From Macrostomum lignano (taxonomy: Eukaryota): DNA of 64,000 nt. Below the pieces are notes generated by a model that was not told the origin of the DNA, did no database searches, and saw only the letters and a list, made by a program, of their open reading frames with translations. The position numbers were made by a program, and so were the translations under genes. Of the stretch, positions 49,916 through 61,124 are shown piece after piece; within the stretch, counting starts at the first letter, position 1, and every line of letters starts with the position of its first letter. The DNA is taken from assembly GCA_002269645.1 (NCBI GenBank), contig NIVC01000301.1:294460-358459 (forward strand), in the 5' to 3' direction.

Positions 49916-51112
49916 ACTAGATGTTGGATTAGCGCAACTCACCCCAGCAGGGGCTGTCCTGTACGCCAAGACAGATTGATGCCCTAAGCGGAGTGCCGCA
50001 GCGCAGAATGCAAACACAGTCGAAATGGATGCCAGGCGATGAAGCATGTGACATTTTGTCCTGCCGGGCAGCCTGCCTCATCCAGTTTCTTTAGCGGCAG
50101 GCAGTCAGGTTACGCGCCGGCTGTGGCGGCTCTGCAGGAACCTTCTTGTCTATCGCTCTGTAACCGCGGCGGGTGATAGAGATCCCCGCTGCAACACTGT
50201 GCCCCTCTGCCTACCAAAAAATCCCCAGGAAATTTTCCCCATTCCAGCCCGACTGGATTTTCTACCGCGACTCGCCCCGCCCCTGACTGACTGATTGCGA
50301 TGCAGAAAGTTCCTCGGCCCCCGCCCCTCCCCCCGGCTGCTGCGGCGGTCCCAGAGAAGCTGAAGGAAATCCAAGGCGCGTTCAAGTGCCGGCCGGCCAC
50401 TCGGGGGCGCAGAGAGAACAAAATCCCGGGGATAATTCTGTTCTGCCGCCCCCCCCCCTCCCAGCTTCTCCTCCCCTCCCCGCGCCGCCGGCCTCAGTAA
50501 TTACCGAGCCGGAGTGAAGGGGCCGCCGGCAGTTAAGGGAGAAATCTCCCTCTAGCCAGCCAGAGGAAGGGGGAGCAATTTCTCCCAGACCAGACCAGTC
50601 GCTCTCTGCCCCCGCCTCATCCACTTGGCCGGTGACCCCCGTTCCCCCGTCACCTGATATCGGCGATATATGACTCGCCAGCTTCAAGTCAATGAAGCGC
50701 GTCCCTCAATTACTGGCCAATTACCCCCGGACGCCCGGGTCTGCGGCCCCCCGCTAAGCGCTACCTTGCTTGAGCTGCATCCAAGCCCAGCTTAGCCGCG
50801 TGTAAAAAGAATCCTCAGCATCCTTGCCTGCGCTCCCAGCCGCAAACTGGACTGGCTAAAAGTCAGCCGTCACAAAAAAGCCGGGCAGCTCAGGGCATTG
50901 ATTTCCCCTCCCCAGCGCTGCCGCTTCTTCAACTGGACAAAAATCTCCGGCTGACAGCTTGAAAGCCGCGGCTGCGACCTGCATGGCAGGCCATGAAAAC
51001 GGAGTCGAATAGGAGCCAAGGCTGTTCGTTTCATCCAGTTGAAAACTTTTGACAGCCAAACATGACGAATGACCGCCGATCGAACAGCTTCGTTTGCACT
51101 TCCTCTGCGCAG

Positions 51113-54100
51113 ATGGCGGCGGACTGGTGGCTCTGCTGCCTCCTGCTGATTGCAGCGGCGGCGGCGGCGGCCGCGGCCGCGGAGCTGAGTGACTGCCAAA
51201 CGGAGCGCCGGCACAGTCAACTGGGCGACAGCGACTGGCGGGACGGCGTCGACGCTGAACTGAGCGGCGCCGAGGACACGTTGGTGTGCGGCCGGCTGGG
51301 CCCCCCACGGCGGAGCTGCCCGCGGCAGGCTTCGTCTCCCTTCGAGTGCGCGGCGGCCAGCTGCGGGATCTTGACGACCTGCTGGCCCGGCTGCCCGACT
51401 CTGCCCGGCTGCGGGAGCTCGTCGTTGCCGGCGGCAACATCCGCCGGCTGGTGGTCACGCCGCTGAATCGACGTCGACGGCCGGCCTGGAGTCGCCTGCG
51501 GCGCCTCGACCTCGTCGACAACCGCGTCGCCACCATCGAGCCGGACTATTTCTCCGCCTTCCCGGACCTCGCCGGCCTCCGGCTGAGCGGCAACGGACTG
51601 CGCACGCTGGACGCGGCAACGGCTTGGCCAGCCGGGCTGCTCGACCTCCGCCTGGACGGCTGCCAGCTGGCCTCGCTCGACGCCGACTTCTTTGCGAGCC
51701 TGCCGCCGCGGCTCCGACGGTTGGATCTAGCGAGAAACCGGCTCGACCGGCTGCCCGACCTTGACGACGCTGGCGGAAGTGAAACCGGAAGTGAAATTGA
51801 AAGTCAAAGCGCTACCGGAAGCAGGCCCCCAGAGATGCTGTCGGAGCTGGACCTGTCGGACAACCTGTTCACCTCCGTGCCATCGGGGCTCGTGCGAAGC
51901 CTTCATCGCCGAATCGATCGGCTTCGCATGGACGACAGTCGGCGCCTGTTGCGCCTGGCGCCGGGCGACCTTCGGTTCGGCGCCGCCGACTCCGCCACCT
52001 CGGTACTGCGGGTGTCGCTGCAGCGCTCCGGCTTGCGAGTGGTCGACGCTGGCGTCACCAACTGGTCGACGCTGCTGGAGCTGGACCTCAGCGGCAGCCG
52101 CGACCTCGTTTTCCTGCATCCCGATGCTGTTGGCGGTGGCGCCAGCGGTGGCGGCTTTGAAAACAACACCTCAAATCGCCTTCTCCGACTGGAGGACTGC
52201 GGCCTTCGCATCTTTGCGGCCGCCGAGTCGGCTGCCGGCTCCCGGCTGCTCAGCGTCGGCCTGGCCGGAAATCCCCTCTGGTGCGTCTGCGACAACGCCT
52301 GGATCGGCCGGCAGTTGCGGGCACGAGAGTTCGGCCAGGCCATCCGGGTCCGGTTCCTGCGGCCCGATGAGCTTCGCTGCATCCGCTGCGGAGCCGGACA
52401 GGCGTGTCCGGCTGACGGGGCCACCGTCAGAATTCTCAACTGGACAGGTGAGCTGATGTGATCTTGAGCTTCCTGGATTTGATGTTGAATTCCCCTGAAG
52501 ATTTGATGCTGAATACCCCTGTAGATTTGATGTTGAATTCCCCTGTAGATTTGATGTTGAATTCCCATACAGATTTGATGTTGAATTCCCCTGCAGATTT
52601 GATGTTGAATTCCCCTGCAGATTTGATGTTGAATTCCCCTGCAGATTTGATGTTGAATTCCCCTGCAGATTTGATGTTGAATTCCCCTGTAGATTTGATG
52701 TTGAATTCCCCTGCAGATTTGATGTTGAATTCCCCTGCAGATTTGATGCTGAATTCCCCTGTAGATTTGATGCTGAATTCCCCTGTAGATTTGATGTTGA
52801 ATTCCCCTGTAGATTTGATGTTGAATTCCCCTGTAGATTTGATGTTGAATTCCCCTGTAGATTTGATGTTGAATTCCCCTGTAGATTTGATGCTGAATTC
52901 CCCTGTAGATTTGATGTTGAATTCCCCTGTAGATTTGATGTTGAATTCCCCTGTAGATTTGATGTTGAATTCCCCTGTAGATTTAATGTTGAATTGCCCT
53001 GTAGATTTAATGTTGAATTCCCCTGTAGATTTAATGTTGAATTCCCCTGTAGATTTGATGTTTAATTCCCCTGTAGATTTAATGTTGTGTTCCCCCACCC
53101 ATTCGAGGTTGAATTCCCCAACCCATCTGAGGTTGAATTCCCCAACCCATCTGAGGTTGAATTCCCCAACCCATCTGAGGTTGAATTCCCCAACCCATCT
53201 GAGGTTGAATTCCCCAACCCATCTGAGGTTGAATTTCCCAACCCATCTGAGGTTGAATTTCCCAACCCATCTGAGGTTGAATTTCCCAACCCATCTGAGG
53301 TTGAATTCCCCAACCCATCTGAGGTTGAATTCCCCAACCCATCTGAGGTTGAATTTCCCAACCCATCTGAGGTTGAATTCCCCAACCCATCTGAGGTTGA
53401 ATTCCCCAACCCATCTGAGGTTGAATTCCCCAACTCATCTGAGGTTGAATTCCCCAACCCATCTGAGGTTGAATTCCCCAACTCATCTGAGGTTGAATTC
53501 CCCAACCCATCTGAGGTTGAATTCCCCAACCCATCTGAGGTTGAATTCCCCAACTCATCTGAGGTTGAATTCCCCAACTCATCTGAGGTTGAATTCCCCA
53601 ACTCATCTGAGGTTGAATTCCCCAACCCATCTGAGGTTGAATTCCCCAACTCATCTGAGGTTGAATTCCCCAACTCATCTGAGGTTGAATTCCCCAACCC
53701 ATCTGAGGTTGAATTTCCCAACCCATCTGAGGTTGAATTCTCCAACCCATCAACTTTAAACTTTGAAAACACCAGCTGGCTGCTGCAGGAAGATGACCCG
53801 CAAATCAGCAGAATCTCACTTGATGCTTGCTGCTCCAAGAAAATCACTGAAAGCTTTTTGCTTTCGGGAGAGGAGCGCCCCACTCCCCCCCCCCTTCCCG
53901 ATCGATGAGAGCCGCAGCTGACTGCAGCTCGGCGAGGCGCTGGAGTGCTTTGAGACCGGGACTCAAGGACTGGGATGCGGGTCCGGCTAGAGCAGAAATC
54001 CATTTAGGAGTTGCTCAGTGCATCTCCGCCCCCTCCCCCAAGGTAAGCCGGGACCGATTCTTCTCGTTTCTCCACGGCAAAGGGTCTTCATTAGCAGCCA

Positions 54101-57100
54101 CCCCTGCCCATTGAGTCGATGCTATGCAAGGGGGGGGGGGCTTCCCTCAGCCCGCCCTTCTGCATGTCAGTTTTGCCAAGAAAAAAGGAGAAACAAGAAA
54201 AACCCGTCGGGCTTCTGTCCGCCTCCGTTACTTAAGCGACGCTTATTCAAGATGCGGCTGCTTGAGTAAAAGTGCTCTCGCATCATCGATGCGCCCGAGC
54301 CTGAGTTGGCTGGACTTGAGTTGCCTCACCTGTTGCCACCGTGGGAACCGGCGTTGAGTCCTGCTGATGGATGCGTGGGAATTTATGAACTAATCAGCTG
54401 GTGCTATTCGAATGTATCCGATTGAGAACTGCTCGAGCTGCTCAGTCCCGATGTACCAATGCATCCATCGCTTCACGCGTCTCAGATCCAACTCTATCCA
54501 CACAGGTCCAACTCTATCCACAGATCTAACTCCATCTACAGATCTATCTCTATCCACAGATCCATCTCTATCCACACAGATCTAACTCCATTCACAGATC
54601 CAACTCTATCCACACAGGTCCAGCTCTATCCACACAGATCCAACTCTATCCACACAGATCCAACTCTATCCACAGATCTAACTCCATCCACAGATCCATC
54701 TCTATCCACAGATCCATCTCTATCCACAGATCCATCTCTATCCACAGATCCATCTCTATCCACACAGATCTAACTCCATTCACAGATCCAACTCTATCCA
54801 CACAGGTCCAGCTCTATCCACACAGATCCAACTCTATCCACACAGATCCATCTCTATCCTCACAGATCCATCTCTATCCACAGATCCATCTCTATCCACA
54901 GATCCATCTCTATCCACACAGATCTAACTCCATCCACAGATCCATCTCTATCCACAGATCCATCTCTATCCACACAGATCCATCTCTATCCACACAGATC
55001 CATCTCTATCCTCACAGGTCCAACTCTATCCACAGACCCATCTCTATACACAGATCCAACTCTATCCACAGACCCATCTCTATACACAGATCCAACTCTA
55101 TCCACAGACCCAACTCTATCCACAGATCCAACTCTATCCACACAGGTCCAACTCTATCCACAGACCCATCTTTATCCACAGACTCATCTCTATCCACAGA
55201 ACCATCTCTATCCACAGGCCCATCTCTATCCACAGACCCATCTCTATCCACAGACCCATCTCTATCCACAGACCCATCTCTATCCACAGACCCATCTCTA
55301 TCCACAGACCCATCTCTATCCACAGACCCATCTCTATCCACAGACCCATCTCTATCCACAGGCCCATCTCTATCCACAGGCCCATCTCTATCCACAGACC
55401 CATCTCTATCCACAGACCCATCTCTATCCACAGACCCATCTCTATCTACAGGCCCATCTCTATCCACAGGCCCATCTCTATCCACAGGCCCATCTCTATC
55501 CACAGGCCCATCTCTATCCACAGACCCATCTCTATCCACAGACCCATCTCTATCCACAGACCCATCTCTATCCACAGACCCATCTCTATCCACAGACCCA
55601 TCTCTATCCACAGACCCATCTCTATCCACAGACCCATCTCTATCCACAGACCCATCTCTATCCACAGACCCATCTCTATCCACAGACCCATCTCTATCCA
55701 CAGGCCCATCTCAAGTTTCCCAATCCCCACCTCCCGCAGACGCAGCAGACTCGCCGGGCTGTCCGCCGCGCCTCTTCCACCCGCTCTCGCCGTCTCGGAC
55801 GCTGCATCTGGGCGCTGGCGACGCCGTCCGACTCGAATGCCTGGCCTCCGGACGGCCGCGCCCGGACATTCGCTGGACGGTATCGCCTCTGCTAGCGCAG
55901 CCGCGGCTTCATCAGCGCCGCTGGCACCTCATCGACGGTGGCAGCCGGTTGGAGCTCACAGACGCCAGAATTTCGGACAGCGGCCGGTTTGCCTGCTCGG
56001 CCGAGAACTCGGCGGGTGGAGCGGCGCTGGCCTACCGCCTGATCGTCCACGCCAGGTCGCTGCGCCTCCGCCCGCTGGGCGCCACTGCGGAGACCCTGAC
56101 GGTAGGGTTCGCCGGCCGCGATGCAGAAAGCGTCGCTCAGCACTACGTGGTGGCGTGGAGGCAGGTGGGTTGCAGTGTTTTACCAAGGACTACTCAAGTA
56201 GGACTGGAAACCTTTTCCGATAAAATACACTACGGAGATAGGAAGTTTTCATTCTTTCAGAACAGAAATTTCCTATTGCTTTCGATAGGAGGCAGACCCA
56301 ATGTTCATCTTTTAATACGTTGTGCCTTTCTTATTTAAAAATGAAAACTTTCTAATTTCTATAGCGTATTTTTCGGAAAAGCCTACCTCCTAAAATTATA
56401 CAAGAAACGAGATTTCCCATCCTTCTACTTGGGTAGTCCCTGTGTTTTGTTTCAACAAATTTTCCATTTATTTCTACTTAGAGTAACGCGATTAGCAAAT
56501 TCTCAGCAAAGGAGTTAACCGAGGGAAGAAGCAAGGATGAAGGGAGGAAGGGGTAGGAAGGAAGGAGTGTCGCGGATCAACAGCGCTTTAAAAATCGATC
56601 GCTGCCCAGGTCTCCTCGCACGGCGTCCCACACGCTGACGGCGGCTTCACGAAGTGGCGGCACATCCGGCACGGTTGGCACGCCCTGACGGTCTTCGGTC
56701 TCCGGCCGGGCCGGCACTACCAAGTCTGTCTGCTGCACGCGGCAGCTGTGACTGGATTGGATGATGAAGCTTCTTTGCTGCTACCAACCCCAGCCAAGTC
56801 GAAGCACGCCGCTGTGCAGGCCGCGTTGCCTGACGGTCGATGCGTCGCAATGCTCACCCGGCACCTGGAGGCTGGCGGCGACGCCAGTACCAGCCGAGCC
56901 AGCTTGCAGCGGTTGTACGGACACGGCATTTACAGGTGAGACTTCAGCTGATCTCATTTGCCTCTCTGTCTCATGGTTCTTCCCTCCCCCGCTTATTGAC
57001 TGAGTTGTAAAATGTCTAACCATGATGCATGCCCTTTTCTCTTCGCTGATTGGCTGATCCCAAAAATACCTTTACTTTCGTCTCTGGCCCCTTTCTTTTC

Positions 57101-57744
57101 GCTGATTGGCTGATTAACATCATACAAATGTCTTCCCTTCAATTTCTGCCCCTTTCTTTTCGCTGATTGGCTAATTTACGAGTACATCATAAAAATGCCT
57201 TCCCTTCTATCTCTACCCCTTTCTTTTCGCTGATTGGCTGATCAATAAAAATTCCTTACCTTCCGTCCCTGCCCCTTTTTCGCGGATTTTCATCATAAAT
57301 ATGTCTTCCCTTCTATCTCTGTCCCTTTCTCTTTGCTGATAAATAAAGTGCCTTCCGTTCCATGTCTCTGCCCCACTCTGATTAGCTTCTGGCACACAAG
57401 CATTCAAACCGCCAGTTGCTCTCGCCCCTCTCAGACTGGCCCACCACAGCACAGTCTACGCCATGATGGGCCTGGCGTTCGGCCTGCTGTTCCTCTGCTG
57501 CCTGACGGCCCTCCTTTACCAGCGCAGCTGCAAGAAGCTCCGCCTGCACCGCGGCCAGTACCGCTATTCCACGGTAGGCGTGCGGGATGCCGACGGCAGG
57601 AGCTCTGACGGCCGGGGCGGCGGCGGCGCGATGCAGCTGAAGGTGCTGTTCAGTGGGCCGTCTTTGCTGACTGCAGCTGAGCGTGGCGGCTCACAGGTGA
57701 GCCTGCTGCGGCATGCGGATCCCGATCAGGGACTGCTAGACTAA
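51113..57744 (+). CDS. LRRN/NLRR-like type I receptor (signal peptide-LRR-LRRCT-Ig-FN3-TM); exons 51113-52447 (1-nt frameshift at 51298-51306), 55740-56164, 56610-56935, 57435-57744 (~798 aa)
   Basis: Signal peptide MAADWWLCCLLLIAAAA, typical LRRs, LRRCT GNPLWCVCDNAWI...IRVRFLRPDELRC (LRRN-like IRFxxPxxLxC), Ig LECLASGRPRPDIRW...LELTDARISDSGRFACSAEN, FN3 LTVFGLRPGRHYQVCL, TM VYAMMGLAFGLLFLCCLTALLY followed by RSCKK. Confidence 0.85.
52470..53745. repeat. Two abutting 24-bp minisatellites sharing a 12-bp core (LRRN-like intron 1)
   Basis: gttgaattcccc-tgtagatttgat, then gttgaattcccc-aacccatctgag from ~53090. Confidence 0.95.
54480..55712. repeat. 18/20-bp minisatellite ending just before the LRRN-like exon 2 acceptor
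   Basis: ccatctctatccacagac. Confidence 0.95.
56184..56442. mobile_element. hAT-like MITE (~259 bp) in intron 2 of the LRRN-like gene
   Basis: 19-bp TIRs CAAGGACTACTCAAGTAGG / CAGGGACTACCCAAGTAGA (16/19 match), degenerate 8-bp TSD TGTTTTAC / TGTTTTGT, and an internal inverted pair TTTTCCGATAAAATAC / GTATTTTTCGGAAAA. Confidence 0.6.
57030..57245. repeat. ~60-bp degenerate tandem repeat, 4 copies (LRRN-like intron 3)
   Basis: cccctttcttttcgctgattggct(g/a)a core recurs four times. Confidence 0.75.
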
Positions 57745-58308
57745 GACGGCGGCGCTCTCGGGTGATGCAATGTTAAAAACTTTACAATGCATTTATTACA
57801 TTGAAAGCAGAATTGGTCTTATCAGCAATGCCTCCATGTATGTAAAATACCAGTAATCACTAAATCAATATTGGATGCCAGCATTCCTCATTAATGAACA
57901 CTCATGAATGTAACTATGCTCAGATCTGCAAGCAAACGCACCACGCCTGTTCGGTTTGAGCACTGCGTGTTCAGCTTACATGCAGTGAGAATTTCACACC
58001 TGTTCCTAGCAAAAATGTTCCCCCGCTTTGCCTCGGGCAAGAAATGTCAAAATAAACACGAAATCAATAAATAGAAAACTCAACTTGACTTTGCTTTTCA
58101 TTTCGCCTGCAAAAAACAAACCGTTCACCGAGATTGACCAGCGAATTCCGGGTGTATTTGAATTCAACAAATTAACCGCTAGAAAGGATGTGATAACGTA
58201 AGTTTGGAGTAAAATTACATAATCTTATAATTAAAAAACTTGAACTGTTAGTAACTATAATTTCAACAGGATGTGCTCACGCTACATGCAGACAAGTGCT
58301 CAAGCCAG

Positions 58309-61083
58309 TCAAAGATAGCGATTGAAGATGAGCTCGAATGTCTCCTGCTGACCAGACGGAACCTCGGGCTCGCCGTGCTTCAGAATGTGGGCCTGCAAGT
58401 TCAATTTGATCATTATTATGGAGTTCGCTGCGTACTTGGCCCCGAGTTCGCTACGTACTTTACTTTGAGTACGCTGCGTACTTTACTTTGAGTACGCTGC
58501 GTACTTTACCCCGAGTTCGCTGCGTACTTTACCCCGACTTCGCTGCGTACTTTACCCCGAGTTCGCTGCGTACTTGACGCTGATAACCCTAAGTTCACAG
58601 CGCACTTGACCCTGATGAACCCGAGTTAGCTCCCAAATCTCAGCCCGCTCCACCTCATCTCTCCCATCCCCAGAGCGCACCTCCAGGCTCTCCAGCGTCG
58701 CAGTCCCATCGGCAATGCTCCGGCCGAGCTCGCTGTCCCGGTAGGAGGCGTACCGCGTCGCCACCAGGCCGTCCAGCACGCCGTCCTGCTGCATCTTGGC
58801 GGCGCAGCGCAGCCCCCTGGCGAAGGTGTCCATCGCGCCGATGTGCGCCGCGAACATGTCAGTCAGGCTGGTGCTCTCCCTGCGCACTTTGCAGTCAAAG
58901 TTGAGGCCGCCTGGCGCCAGGCCGCCCTGCGCCAGCACGTAGCGCATGACGGCAGTGCAGTCCCTGACAGACATGGGGAACTGGTCCGTGTCCCAGCCCA
59001 GCTCCGGGCTGCCCGTGTTGGCGTCCACGCTGCCGAGGCAGCCGAAGGCGCTGGCCATGGCGATGTCGTGCTCGTGGCAGTGCCCGGCCAGGGTGGTGTG
59101 GTTCGGCTCGATGTTCAGCTTGAACTCCTCCTGCAGGCCGTAGGTGCGCAGGAATCCGATCACCGTCATCGCATCTGCGGTGCGGAGGGCCGAGATTAGA
59201 GACGGGAATGAGATTAGAGACGGGAATGAATTAGAGACGGCAATGAGATTAGAGACGGCAATGAGATTAGAGACAGGAATGAATTAGAGACGGCAATGAG
59301 ATTAGAGACGGCAATGAGATTAGAGACGGCAATGAGATTAGAGATGGGAATGAGATTAGATGCGGGAATGAGATTAGATGCAGGAATGAGATTAGAGACG
59401 GGAATGAATTAGAGACGGCAATGAGATTAGATGCAGGAATGAGATTAGAGACGGGAATGAGATTAGATGCGGGAATAAGATTAGATGCGGGGATGAGATT
59501 AGAGACGGCAATGAGATTAGAGACGGCAATGAGATTAGAGACGGCAATGAGATTAGAGACGGCAATGAGATTAGAGACGGGAATGATATTAGAGACGGGA
59601 ATGAGATTAGAGACAGGAATTAAATTAGAGACGAGAATGAGATTAGATGCGGGAATGATATTAGAGACGGGAATGATATTAAAGACGGGAATGAACTTAG
59701 AGATGGGAATGAGATTAGAGACGGGAATTAGATTAGAGACGAGAATGAGAATAGATGCGGAAATGAGATTAGAGACGGGAATGGTATTAGAGACGGGAAT
59801 GAGATTAGAGACGGGAATGAGATTAGATGCGGGAATGAAATTAGAGACGGCAATGAGATTAGAGACGGGAATGATATTAGAGACGGGAATGAGATTAGAG
59901 ACAGGAATTAAATTAGAGACGAGAATGAGATTAGATGCGGGAATGATATTAGAGACGGGAATGATATTAGAGACGGGAATGAACTTAGAGATGGGAGTGA
60001 GATTAGAGACGGGAATTAGATTAGAGACGAGAATGAGATTAGATGCGGGAATGAGATTAGAGACGGGAATGATATTAGAGACGGCAATGAGATTAGAGAC
60101 GGCAATGAGATTAGAGATGGGAATGAGATTAGATAGGAATGAGATTAGAGACGGGATAAGAGTGAAGAAGATTGCTGTTAATGATATTAAAGATTATATA
60201 TAAAAAGTATAGTAGCAATGAAAGAGATTAGGTAAGAGTGGATAAGACGGCAGTGGTTAAGATTAGATACGATTGGGTGAGACACCAATGATTGAGATTA
60301 GACACGAGTAAGTTAGAGAGCAATGGGTGAGATTAGAGACAATGTGAGACAGCAATGGGTGAGATTAGAGACAATGTGAGACAGCAATGGGTGAGACTAG
60401 AGACAAGCGGCTCACCATAGTCGTACTGGTGCGAAGTCGGCTCCTTGGGCTTGGGTTCGATCAGCAGCTGACCGGTGAAGCCAATCTTCTTTTTATAGGC
60501 TGCAAATTAGTTGAGGCGGTCATTGCTGGCAAGAGGTTCTTTAAATTCGATGCAAAGCCCTGCTTGAGCGCTCACCGACCACCATGCGGAAAAAGTTGGC
60601 CATGTGGTCCAGCTCCTCCCTCAGGCGGGTGTTCAGCAGGCTGGCGTAGCCCTCCCGACCGCCCCAGAACACGTAGTTCAGGGCGCCCAGCTTCTTGGCG
60701 ACCTCTAGGCCCTTCTTCACCTGGGGCGGGGAGTTAAAACATGGGGGACTTGGGATGATCTGACTCTGACACTAAGACAGATAGACAGGCAGACAGACAG
60801 ACAGACAGGCAGGCAGACAGACAGACAGACAGGCAGGCAGACAGACAAACAGACAGACAGACAGACAAACAGACAAACAGACAGACATACAGAGACCGCA
60901 GACAGACAGGCAGACAAACGGACAGACAGACAAACAGGCAAACAGACACACAGACAGACAGACAGACAGACACTAAGACAGACAGGCAGGCAGGCAGACA
61001 GACAGACAGACAGACACTAAGACAGACAGACACTAAGACAGACAGACAGACAGGCAAACAGACACACAGACAGACAGACACTA

Positions 61084-61124
<41 letters not shown>

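Noticed and set aside
46600-51100. Assorted 60-120-aa ORFs upstream of the LRRN-like gene (likewise 28.5-29.5, 31.5-34.6 and 42-44.5 kb)
   Set aside because: No recognisable domains, no consistent splice structure, and no GC3 codon bias like the real exons
52436-54003. 220-433-aa repeat ORFs (LMLNSPVD / THLRLNSP / EVEFPNPS)
   Set aside because: 24-bp intronic arrays; the LRRN-like exon phases are complete without them
59421-60203. 260-aa (MRLETG)n ORF
   Set aside because: Antisense reading of an 18-bp array inside a xylA intron
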